Shown here in pieces: positions 22,301 through 33,700 of a stretch of 64,000 bases of DNA (position 1 is the stretch's first letter; every line of letters starts with the position of its first letter). The position numbers were made by a program, and so were the translations under genes. The notes under the pieces were generated by a model, which worked only from the letters and a program-made list of their open reading frames with translations, searched no databases and had not been told where the DNA came from. Source of the stretch: Phoronis australis (Eukaryota; Animalia; Phoronida); contig NMRA01000003.1 in the NCBI GenBank assembly GCA_002633005.1, forward strand, positions 1,727,618-1,791,617, read 5' to 3'.

Positions 22301-25300
22301 TTCATTGCAAATTGAAAAGATGGTGTCACCTTTATAATAGAAACTTGTTTCCAAATTTCATGAAGAAAACATCAAGAAACTCAGAAGAGACAGATGCAAA
22401 GGTAAAAGCTAAAATTGCTACTGGGGGCATAGCGGTAGCCTGAGCTGTCCAAAGTCATGGGCAGCCACTGTCACATCTAAAGCAAAACACATGCAAAACA
22501 TCATACCTGGGAATCAGACGTTGCAGCCAGTAAGTAGTGCAAAATACACTGAATAGGTAGGAAAATGGAAAGGCAAAGTTGTCCCCTTAATAGAAACCTA
22601 TTTGCCATATTTCAGAAAAATCCATCAATGAACTTAAAAGATACAGAAGCAAACGTAAAAAATGAAACTGCCACTAGGGGGCACACCAGTAGTCGGATTG
22701 GTCTGATACTAGTCACCATTCGTTATCATCTCCATAGGAACATATCTGCCACATTTCATAAAGATCCTCCATAAAGTTAGGAGACACAGTCATATACGCA
22801 AAAAAATGCCACTAGCGATTGCCATAGTAATCGAACCCATCTGAAAATCCGTGTCAGCCACTGTCATCTCATCAGGAACAAATCTGACAATTTGGCGAAT
22901 AGAAAGGCAGACGTCAAAACATATTCATAATATTTTTAAATTACCACCAGATGGCACAGAATAAGTCAATTCCGTTTGAAAATGTGAGGGTATCATTGAC
23001 TCTTTAACAGACCTATTTTCTAAATTTCATGAAAATCCATGAACAAACTCAAAAAATACAGAGGCAAACGTAAAAAATAAAATTGCCACTAGGGGGCAGA
23101 GCAGTAGTCAAATCCGTCCGAAACTCATCGTATTAGTATAGTTTCTTCAAGGGTATGCAGAGGCCGATACTAAACGAGATTACTGAAAATTTGCCACTGG
23201 GGGGCACAGCAAAAGTCCAAAAATGGGCAAATGCAGAGTTCTCTCTTGGAAAAATCACATTTGTCAAATTTCATGAAGATCTTTCATCAAAGTTGGTGGA
23301 CATTGAGGGAAGTACAAAATTCTAAAACGGCCAGTAGCGAGCATAGTAGTAGTCAAAACTGTCCAAAAACCAGTGCCAGCTAGCTTTCCATCAACGGAAC
23401 ACAAAATTTGATAGATAGAATGGCTGAACAGTGGTCATTAACGGCAAATTCTAAAATTTCCACTAGGGGCACAGAGCATGCCAAAGCTGTGAGATAAAAG
23501 GGAGGTGCTGTCTTGTTCATTGTTGACACATAACCGTCAAATTTCACAACAATGCACAAAAATCATATTAAAATGTCAAGAAGCTAAACATGTTAAATGT
23601 AAATACTTTGCAAGGTCATGCATGTGTCAAATAATGCAACACCAGGGGAGCTAATCCCAGTTCTATTACCTGTCATCGTCTATAGCTGGAAGAGGTTCTT
23701 GTTGAGGTAACTCTTGATAACAAACATCCTCCACGTGAAAACAACCACGGTCATCCTCTGGTTCATAACCACACACAGCCAACACAACACCTAATCACGG
23801 AAATATTACATGCGGTAAATCTTCAGATACAACAAGGTATTACATTCTCTTATATGAGAAAGATGACAAGGAACTGAAAATCCGAATATGGACAATGTGA
23901 ATGAAATATCTTGATAAAGCTAAGCATTTTAATTACCCTAGTTAGAGTTGTATACAATACCTAGATGAATGTTCCCACACAATTTCATTTACATGACTGA
24001 ATTACGTAACTACAGGCTGCATAACAAACTTGTCTGTTTTTTATTTTTTTAGAGTTTACCAACTTCAAAATACAAAAAAGTAAGAATAATGTTGTGGGCA
24101 TTAAGCTAAACATGGACGTTAAAAAACAGAATTTTTCAGTAGATCGTAAGCATTTACCGGAAAGGTCAATTAACTAATATGATAATATTGGAATGTGAAT
24201 GAAACAAAAGAAACATTTCACATCTCCATCATTACAGGTTGCCTATATCCTGCCCAATAGGTGGGGCTTTTGCATATGTTTTGTTATAAGGAAACTAAAA
24301 AGCAAAAATGGGGTGTGAGCCTTGAGCCCAGCTGAAATGAAAATTTGTAAATTTCGGGGTTGCACATAAACTGGACCAGTATGGTATAATACAAAAAATA
24401 AATAAAAAAGCTTATGTTTATACGGTCAAAGTTTCATTTGTATTTCACTGAGTCATCAGAAAGACTGCAACAGGTCGCACCTGTGTAGTGCAATTTCGTT
24501 TAAAGCTAGGAGTGAATATGACGAAATACTATATCATTAAGAGTGTTAAACACAACATAATTTCATACTTCAAAATGACAACCACAAGAACAAACCTGTC
24601 ACAGATGTCTGTACGTCAGGTTTTCCCACCAGTTTAATTCGTTGAAGTTCATCTTCAAGGATCAGATCATCAGTTTCACAATTGAACCTTGACCTAGGAG
24701 GAGGTGGCATCAACATGTGCTGAAAAGAAAAGCACATTTCCCTTTGAACATTTAACACAAAACCCTTTAACAGTGAGTGCACAAACTTTATTGCAGACGC
24801 ATGTCTCTGTAGAAACATACGGCAGAAAAATACCAATATGACTAAGGATTGCAAAAATGCAGTTGTGCGTCATTGACCACAAGATGCTCCGAGAAATTGG
24901 GAATCCCGTTTGGACGTCCTCTTTTTGAAATCCTGTATGAGCCCCTGCGCTCAACATAGCTTTACTCATAGTCAGTTTTCGAACTTCAGCAAATAAATGT
25001 GGTGGCCCAATGGGCCAACTGGCCCAGCCAAATCCACAAAGGGCCTATATCTGAAAGTTGCTGACTCGCCAGGCTAGTCACTTTTAAAAGTTACTAGCCA
25101 GGCTTCACATCCACTGGCCCTGGGCCACCATGTATTTCAAACATAGCTCCTAGCACTTCCTTACTATGAAAATCCCAATCACCAAACAATAGGCTAACAG
25201 AGACTCATGACAACAGCCACCGTCAAGCTCAACAGACGGTTTGAAAATGTGCAATATGTTGCCTTTTTTCATTTAATAGTTCTAATATAATTCTATCACC

Positions 25301-26514
25301 AGTTGTCAATATAAAAATAGCCTGAACAACTAATAGCTTTATTATTTCAAAACTTACTTCCTCACTGATTTCCTTTAGTACACTTGGTTTCAGCTCCATG
25401 TTTTTGTACAGAGTTCCAATCACGATGCATTTTTGATTATGTTGTAATTCAAACAACTTCTTAACTGGAATATCCCCTGAAAACAATAACTACCAGATAA
25501 TAACTTTAAACAACAACATTCATTTCATAATTAGTCCATACCTCTGATGACTTCAAGAGGCACTAATGAAAACCACTATCCCACTAACACCAGACTTTTG
25601 AGGGTCAACCTCATTTTGTTACACACCACTAGAGTAGTAACCGTTGTGAAGCTTATATCAATGTGTAGAGTGCTTGAACAGCAGGTGCATGTAAAATGTG
25701 AGAATCAATTGACAATCACTTTGACTGTTGCAGCCGTGAAAAATAAGTTGTTGCAACTGACAGCTGGAGAAATAATACAGTATTTGAAAACAAGTTTTAA
25801 ATTTGTTGACATCAGTCTAGGTTATAGTAGTTTTTCATATAAAACACATCTAATTCACGGCATTTGTTGAATGTCGGTTGGACTGTTTCTAAATATCGTT
25901 TAGTGTCACGTGCACTGATTACAACATAACCGGGCACTAGTCGGTTATAATGGACCCTGACTTAGACAACCAGTTTCATCCACTAAATAACGTCCGTTAT
26001 TCAGTTATTGCCTGGTTCTCTAAATCAGGGTCCCTTATATCCAACTTGTGCCCATCACTGCTGGATTACGTGTGATTATCCGATGAATGCAAACAATGAT
26101 ATGAACTATGTAAAAATTGGTTTGCCAACTTTCTCCCCTTGCTATCTCCATCAGATTGATAACGATACGATCATAACCCGAGTTCCCCATCACACGCGAA
26201 ATCGTGAAACTCAACCCACAGCGCGGGAGCGTAACGAGTTGGCATGTATATGGAACTGAAATGTACAATCAGATTCTGTCAATTTACTGACCCCATTTGT
26301 GTTTGGCAGCGACTTCAAGAAGTGGCCGCGTACTAGCCAATCTAGTTGCGTAGAGATGAGCATACTGTCTCCGGTAACTTCTTTCTTTCAAGACAAAACG
26401 TGAGGAAAGATTTTCGTATTTTGATGAACAACGAGCGAACGTTGTAACACTTCCATCGGGTTTGGAAAGTAGTTTTCCAGTCGACGACGAAGATGAAGTC
26501 AGCTCGGGCATCAT
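13378..26514 (-). CDS. POLD2: DNA polymerase delta subunit 2 (p50), 469 aa, 10 exons
   Basis: Exons 26514-26292, 25476-25358, 24719-24596, 23790-23670, 21780-21585, 21030-20950, 20580-20423, 19127-19000, 15957-15856 and 13535-13378 total 1410 nt with consistent phases. Motifs RQYAHLYATRL, LILEDELQRIKL, DPANHILPQQPLHPCMFP, LGTSGQNLDDI, HLAPTAPDTLGCYPY..DPFII..CPHVYFAG. The start could also be ATG 26520 or 26511. Confidence 0.96.
13863..14520 (-). mobile_element. Degraded family-A Helentron-like element
   Basis: aacaagagcaatgtataggg...gcacccac terminus followed by satellite units (accattagggggcac at ~14239). Confidence 0.55.
14607..14705. repeat. 33-bp minisatellite x3
   Basis: tgcactattcacattg(g/a)actgaccactggtgtc repeated three times. 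Confidence 0.9.
16973..18219 (-). mobile_element. Non-autonomous Helentron/DINE-like element (family B), ~1.25 kb
   Basis: Highly similar inverted copy of 61477-62712. Terminal hairpins TACTTGGCGGAAGAATTCCGCCAAGTA and CGCTCGGAGGAGCG, subterminal CTTGGCG repeats, A/T-run flanks. Confidence 0.8.
19170..19832. mobile_element. Degraded TTAA-flanked (Kolobok-like) non-autonomous element
   Basis: Imperfect TIRs ttaagtaggaccttat / ataaggacctacgtaaccttaa. Internal similarity to 57650-58030 and 48830-49340. Confidence 0.4.
21865..23560 (-). mobile_element. Family-A Helentron-like element with ~140-bp satellite array
   Basis: aaacaagagcaatgtagagcattgaaatgcgcccac terminus, as at 2487, followed by about 11 degenerate units with (G/A)CCACYAGRKGGCA motifs. 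Confidence 0.7.
25935..26050. mobile_element. Palindromic MITE family C, near-complete short copy
   Basis: cactagtcggttata...aaccag...aataac / gttatt...ctggtt...tatatccaacttgtg forms one long imperfect palindrome. Confidence 0.65.
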
Positions 26515-27014
26515 TTTCATTTAATACAAACGTTATTTACAAACTGTAGGGTTCTATAGCATAGTAAAATGCAGTTAAATCGTGAAGTAAATACGTAAAC
26601 ACTCCCGAACATTGAATGAAAGCTTTTCCCGCGATTTGCAACAAGTACATCCGGTTTTGCGTGCCCTCTGGCGAGTATTGCTGAAAAATAAACAATAGCA
26701 ACTTCCTGTGGGTGGATTATCTTGTTCACTTGTTGATTGATAGATAAGTCGGGTTGATAAAGTGAAATGCACATTCACAGACAACCAGAGCATCAGTTTT
26801 CAATGGAAATGTCACATTAGGTTAGGTGCTAACACTTACAAGCTTAATAGGAACCGGAATCCTTTGCTAACGGCTTCGACCGAGTTGTCCAGTGCTCACG
26901 GTGTGGGTTGCAAACTTGCGGCGTTGGGAGCCTGTGCGGTGGCAAGTTATGAACTAGTAGGCCTACTTGACTTTGGAATGTTTTAAATTTCATAATTGCA
27001 TTGAGTCGTACACC
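26515..27014. promoter_or_regulatory. Bidirectional promoter POLD2 / 7TM gene with E2F-type site
   Basis: 500 bp between divergent ATGs, relatively CpG-rich. TTTCCCGC (E2F consensus TTTSSCGC) at 26625-26632; ETS-like ACTTCCTG at 26701. Confidence 0.5.
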
Positions 27015-29917
27015 ATGGATGGTATGCAGCATAGAGGTACACAAAACGAACCTGGTGCATCGTCTATCGCAGACAGTGGAAGTGGAACCCTGTTTGGTTC
27101 CTCCCGGAGGTTAGTGACTGTCAGTGTTTGTTGTTGCACAACACTTTACTGTTTAAACAATTAAATGTCAACCACAGTTAAGTCAAAATCACTCTATTTA
27201 AACTTGAAAAGTAGAAATAATCCATCAAGTTTGCGGTGGGATATCTTGCCTTAAATCGTAGATGCATATAACTGCAGTCCTGGTGGGCCTAGTGGGGTCT
27301 TTTCTTTTTAGTTGAAATCGAACTCGCAGTTATTTTTGTCATTGTCAATTCTACTTTGTTCAAGTTCAAGAAAGGAGTCTATATTAATTGTTCTGCGCTT
27401 GAGTGTGTACTGGCTCGTATGAATAACTTATCTTGATGACTCCAACATAGTTCGAGACCGGACTTGAAATTCAAGTTTATGCTAGAGTACTCAAGTTTTT
27501 ATGGGAAGTTAACAGCAAAACTCTCAGTGGCAGGTCTAGAATATCATAAGGAAGGGTCCAACATTTTGTTACGGGCAATTGCGCAAAGCACAATTTCATG
27601 TGCGCAACCAGCCTGAAAGATGGGGGGGGGGCTCGAATTTTTTGGACCCTTCTACTAAAAAGCAAACGGAGGACTAAAAAAACGAGGAAAATGATTGCGC
27701 AGGTCGTTTGAGTCGGAATCTTGCAATCGGGTCTGAGACCTCCCCCTCAGCCTAGTGTTAATTTCCGGGGTTAATTAATGAACTCAATATTTCTTCACGC
27801 TCTTGCTGTTTTATTTTTTTGCTGCAGCCAAGGGGGTGACTGGTCTCCCCCAAATCCGCCTATGAATCTAGAGGTCATCAGGTGCAAACTTGGACTAGAC
27901 ATTCATATGTGCATTTATCATAATGTACTGGAGACAGAATAGTAGAAGCTTATCTTGAGTTTGCACAATTTAGAATAGAAATGTCAAAACAATTTTGTTC
28001 TACGGAGGTTTTGATTACAAAGCTCAGACCACTGCCCTGCCATCATGTCAAGTAAAACTAGGAGCACATATGTGAAAGTTTTGCCATATATTGTTGTATT
28101 TAAAAATTTGTTTTTGTGTCTCAGAGAGCTTCTCTTGGTCAATTTGATTACTGAGACTGCTTGTTCTTAAGTTTATTGACAAATCAAATTGTAACTTGAC
28201 GTCTTGATTATGTGTTTATGTTGCTATTGAAGTTCCATAAGCAGGCTTCCCACATTGTTAGGTGAAGTGGGGCTGACCTCTGTTGACAAAGGAATGTTTG
28301 TGTGTGTCTCAGTGAACGATTCTGCCCAACACTCGACGGCATTGCAAAGCGCAACTACTGATAAGAGCTCGCCTTCCTGAGAGCAATACTATATATAAAC
28401 ATCACAAAAATGTCAGTTGACTTGCAAGATATTGTCAGCTTGGTTAAATCTGTATTAGGAGTCTTTAAGCAAAAAAATTCCTCTCAGAATTTGTGATTTT
28501 CTTGCATTGATTTGAAGGTTTCTGTGTGACCTCATCATTCAAGCAGCTCAATCTTTTCTGCAGAAGTTCTGTCTGCATTGAAACTACAAGTCATAAAACA
28601 CCTGGTCTTGATGGATGTTGTCCATGGTGGATTATAGTGTGGTTCTCATTGAAAAAATCAACCTCACTTTTGTGATTTTGCTCTTGTGGAAATTTGTAGC
28701 CATGAACACTCAATGGCAATAGAATATAATTACTCATTCACTCACTAATGTGCCATCATATAGCATAGTAAGTTGCTTTAACAATGACCTTCTTGTATAG
28801 TCAATATACTGTCTCCTTACTAGTTAACAATACTGCTGTAGCTAGAATCAATTAATGGAATCTTTTATCAATGGTACATTTGAGAAAAGACAAAAACACA
28901 AACTAATCATGAATTCAATTTGAAGTTTTTAAAAGAATTTCTCTTCATGATTAAATATTTCTCCTGTTAAGCCTTACAAGAAAATAAAATTTAACTTGTT
29001 GACCATATTGTGTGCTGAATCATGGGCGGCGCCATTGGGGGCTAGGGGGGCTATAGCTGTCACTTTTTTCAGTGCTGCGCCATCCATGGTTGAAAGGCGG
29101 TGCTCCACAGGGGGGCTGGGGGGACTTTAGGCACCCACTTTTTCAGTGCTGCACCGCCCATGTGAATTGGTTACATTTTACCAACAATAAATATTAGTTT
29201 AAAGCTGTAGATTTTGTACCCCCAAAAGTGCGCATGGCGTAAGTTGTTATTTGTAATTGAGGACTATCAGTGTAGGTCATATTGTATAGTCCAAGTGAGG
29301 TTTCAACTTGGTCCCTTACTTGCCCTCTTTTGCGTTGCCGTAATAAGGGAAACATTCCTGTGATTATTTTTTGTGAACCCGTTGGCGATGGTCCTGGACC
29401 CGCATCTTCCATGTTGGCAAGTTTCTCTTTGACGAATATTCAGTTGATGATCTATACCTTTTATACTTACACAAAGTATCGAGGCGCCTCCTAGACTTGT
29501 TACACAATGATCTGTAACCTTTTCTCTTCTCTCTTCTCCATTTCTTTGTGTTTTGGGGACCTTCTTATTAGCGATCGAAAACCTTTAGAAAGTCTCCTAA
29601 TTAAAGTTCTCAATAGTTAAGCATTGTATTACGTCTAAATGTAAATAAATGTGCCTCTCCCTCTCCATTTGCAGAGGAGTGACAATAGAGGGATCCAGTT
29701 CCAGACACTTTATGAGCTTCAAAGACATTCCAGAGGACATGTTACCACAACCTGACATGTATGATGAGAGCTGCGCGCCAACTTCGGAAGAAATCCGCAA
29801 ATACAGCACAAAGCAGTCTGATCAATTATCTGGATGGCGTTGGATCTTACTCGCAAAGTCTCTTGCCATAAAAACACACGAAAATGACAAACTTGTACCC
29901 GGTCTTATGTTGTATAT
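27015..29917 (+). CDS. First copy of exon 1 (27015-27109) and partial exon 2 (29675-29917) of the 7TM gene, cut by the assembly gap
   Basis: Same coding sequence as 30706-30800 and 33352-33594. This copy sits next to the promoter shared with POLD2. Confidence 0.7.
29021..29162. mobile_element. Small dimeric MITE (copy also at ~32698-32839)
   Basis: TIR CATGGGCGG / CCGCCCATG, flanked by direct TGAAT, with two internal G-rich subunits. Confidence 0.55.
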
Positions 29918-30623
29918 NNNNNNNNNNNNNNNNNNNNNNNNNNNNNNNNNNNNNNNNNNNNNNNNNNNNNNNNNNNNNNNNNNNNNNNNNNNNNNNNNNN
30001 NNNNNNNNNNNNNNNNNNNNNNNNNNNNNNNNNNNNNNNNNNNNNNNNNNNNNNNNNNNNNNNNNNNNNNNNNNNNNNNNNNNNNNNNNNNNNNNNNNNN
30101 NNNNNNNNNNNNNNNNNNNNNNNNNNNNNNNNNNNNNNNNNNNNNNNNNNNNNNNNNNNNNNNNNNNNNNNNNNNNNNNNNNNNNNNNNNNNNNNNNNNN
30201 NNNNNNNNNNNNNNNNNNNNNNNNNNNNNNNNNNNNNNNNNNNNNNNNNNNNNNNNNNNNNNNNNNNNNNNNNNNNNNNNNNNNNNNNNNNNNNNNNNNN
30301 NNNNNNNNNNNNNNNNNNNNNNNNNNNNNNNNNNNNNNNNNNNNNNNNNNNNNNNNNNNNNNNNNNNNNNNNNNNNNNNNNNNNNNNNNNNNNNNNNNNN
30401 NNNNNNNNNNNNNNNNNNNNNNNNNNNNNNNNNNNNNNNNNNNNNNNNNNNNNNNNNNNNNNNNNNNNNNNNNNNNNNNNNNNNNNNNNNNNNNNNNNNN
30501 NNNNNNNNNNNNNNNNNNNNNNNNNNNNNNNNNNNNNNNNNNNNNNNNNNNNNNNNNNNNNNNNNNNNNNNNNNNNNNNNNNNNNNNNNNNNNNNNNNNN
30601 NNNNNNNNNNNNNNNNNNNNNNN
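29918..30623. other. Assembly gap
   Basis: Run of N. Confidence 1.
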
Positions 30624-30705
30624 TGTGCGGTGGCAAGTTATAAACTAGTAGGCCTACTTGACTTTGGAATGTTTTAAATTTCATAATTGCATTGAGTCGT
30701 ACACC

Positions 30706-33700
30706 ATGGATGGTATGCAGCATAGAGGTACACAAAACGAACCTGGTGCATCGTCTATCGCAGACAGTGGAAGTGGAACCCTGTTTGGTTCCTCCCGGAG
30801 GTTAGTGACTGACAGTGTTTGTTGTTGCACAACACTTTACTGTTTAAACAGTTAAAAGTCAACCACAGTTAAGTCAAAATCACTCTATTTAAACTTGAAA
30901 AGTAGAAATAATCCTTCAAGTTTGCGGCGGGATATCTTGCCTTTAATCGTAGATGCATATAACTGCAGTCCTGGTGGGCCTTGTGGGGTCTTTTCTTTTT
31001 AGTCGAAATCGAACTCGCAGTTATTTTTGTCATTGTCTATTCTACTTTGTTCAAGTTCAAGAAAGGAGTCTATATTAATTGTTCTGCGCTTGAGTGTGTA
31101 CTGGCTCGTATGAATAACTTATCTTGATGACTCCAACATAGTTCGAGACCGGACTTGAAATTCGAGTTTATGCTAGAGTACTCAAGTTTTTACAGGAAGT
31201 TAATAGCAAAACTCTCAGTGGCAGATCTAGAATATCACAAGGAAGGGTCCAACATTTTGTCTCGGGCAATTGCGCAAAGCACGATTGCATGTGCGCAACC
31301 AGCCTGAAAGATAGGGGGGGGCTCGAATTTTTTGGACCCTCTACTAAAAAGCAAACGGAGGACTAAAAAAACGAGGAAAATGATTACGCAAGTCGTTTGA
31401 GTCGGACTCTTGCAATCGGGTCTGAGACCTCCCCCTCAGCCTAGTGTTGATTTCTGGGGTTAATTAATGAACTCAATATTTCTTCACGCTCTTGCTGTTT
31501 TATTTTTTTGCTGCAGCCAAGGGGGTGACTGGTCTCCCCCAAATCCGCCTATGAATCTAGAGGTCATCAAGTGCAAACTTGGACTAGACATTCATATGTG
31601 CATTTATCATAATGTACAGGAGACAGAATAGCTTATCTTGAGTTTGCACAATTTTGAATAGAAATGTCAAAACAATTTTGTGCTACGGAGGTTTTGATTA
31701 CAAAGCTCAGACCACTGCCCTGCCATCATGTCAAGTAAAACTAGGAGCACATATGTGAAAGTTTTGCAGTGTATTGTTGTATTTAAAAATTTGTTTTTGT
31801 GTCTCAGAGAGAGCTTCTCTTGGTCAATTTGATTACTGAGACTGCTTGTTCTTAAGTTTATTGACAAATCAAATTGTCACTTGACGTCTTGATTATGTGT
31901 TTATGTTGCTATTGAAGTTCCATGAGCAGGCTTCCCCGCATCGTTAGGTGAAGTGGGGCTGACCTCTGTTGACAAAGGAATGTTTGTGTGTGTCTCAGTG
32001 AACGATTCTGCCCAACACTCGACGGCATTGCAAAGCGCAACTAGTGATAAGAGCTCGCCTGCCTGAGAGCAATACTATATATAAACATCACAAAAATGTC
32101 AGTTGACTTGGAAGATATTGTCATCTTGGTTAAATCTGTATTAGGAGTCTTTAAGCAAAAAAAGAATTTGTGATTTTCTTGCATTGATTTGAAGGTTTCT
32201 GTGTGACCTCATCATTCAAGCAGCTCAATCTTTTGTGCAGAAGTTCTGTCTGCATTGAAAATACAAGTCATAAAACACCTGGTCTTGATGGATGTTGTCC
32301 ATGGTGGATTATAGTATGGTTCTCATAGAAAAAATCAACCTCACTTTTGTGATTTTGCTCTTGTGGAAATTTGTAGCCATGAACACTCAATGGCAATAGA
32401 ATATAATTACTCATTCACTCACTAATGTGCCATCATATAGCATAGTAAGTTGCTTTAACAATGACCTTCTTGTATAGTCAATATACTGTCTCCTTACTAG
32501 TTAACAATACTGCAGTAGCTAGAATCAATTAATGGAATCTTTTATCAATGGTACATTTGAGAAAAGACAAAAACACAAACTAATCATGAATTCAATTTGA
32601 AGATTTGAAAAGAATTTCTCTTCATGATTAAATATTTCTCCTGTTAAGCCTTACAAGAAAATAAAATTTAACTTGTTGACCATATTGTGTGCTGAATCAT
32701 GGGCGGCCCCATAGGGGGCTAGGGGGGCTATAGCCTCCACTTTTTTCAGTGCTGCGCCATCCATGGTTGAAAGGCGGTGCTCCACAGGGGGGCTGGGGGG
32801 ACTTTAGGCACCCACTTTTTCAGTGCTGCACCGCCCATGTGAATTGGTTACATTTTACCAACAATAAATATTAGTTTAAAGCTGTAGATTTTGTACCCCC
32901 AAAAGTGCGCATGGCGTAAGTTGTTATTTGTAATTGAGGACTATCAGTGTAGGTCATATTGTATAGTCCAAGTGAGGTTTCAACTTGGTCCCTTACTTGC
33001 CCTCTTTTGCGTTGCCGTAATAAGGGAAACATTCCTGTGATTATTTTTTGTGAACCCGTTGGCGATGGTCCTGGACCCGCATCTTCCATGTTGGCAAGTT
33101 TCTCTTTGACGAATATTCAGTTGATGATCTATACCTTTTATACTTACACAAAGTATCGAGGCGCCTCCTAGACTTGTTACACAATGATCTGTAACCTTTT
33201 CTCTTCTCTCTTCTCCATTTCTTTGTGTTTTGGGGACCTTCTTATTAGCGATCGAAAACCTTTAGAAAGTCTCCTAATTAAAGTTCTCAATAGTTAAGCA
33301 TTGTATTACGTCTAAATGTAAATAAATGTGCCTCTCCCTCTCCATTTGCAGAGGAGTGACAATAGAGGGATCCAGTTCCAGACACTTTATGAGCTTCAAA
33401 GACATTCCAGAGGACATGTTACCACAACCTGACATGTATGATGAGAGCTGCGCGCCAACTTCGGAAGAAATCCGCAAATACAGCACAAAGCAGTCTGATC
33501 AATTATCTGGATGGCGTTGGATCTTACTCGCAAAGTCTCTTGCCATAAAAACACACGAAAATGACAAACTTGTACCCGGTCTTATGTTGTATATCTTAAC
33601 TCTTTTCACTGGCTTTTCATATGCCGCATCCAAAACCTGGTTTTGTGTGTACGATATCAAGAGTGCGGAAACACCTTCTACTGTGTTTACAGGCACCGTC

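Larger units (their letters stand above)
26933..33594 (+). repeat. ~3-kb direct duplication (26933-29917 vs 30624-33594) flanking an N gap; probable uncollapsed haplotype
   Basis: The copies are colinear with scattered SNPs and small indels, and both abut the 706-N gap at 29918-30623. Confidence 0.85.

Noticed and set aside
29649-30735. 342-, 254- and 276-aa ORFs
   Set aside because: Their length comes from reading through the N gap.
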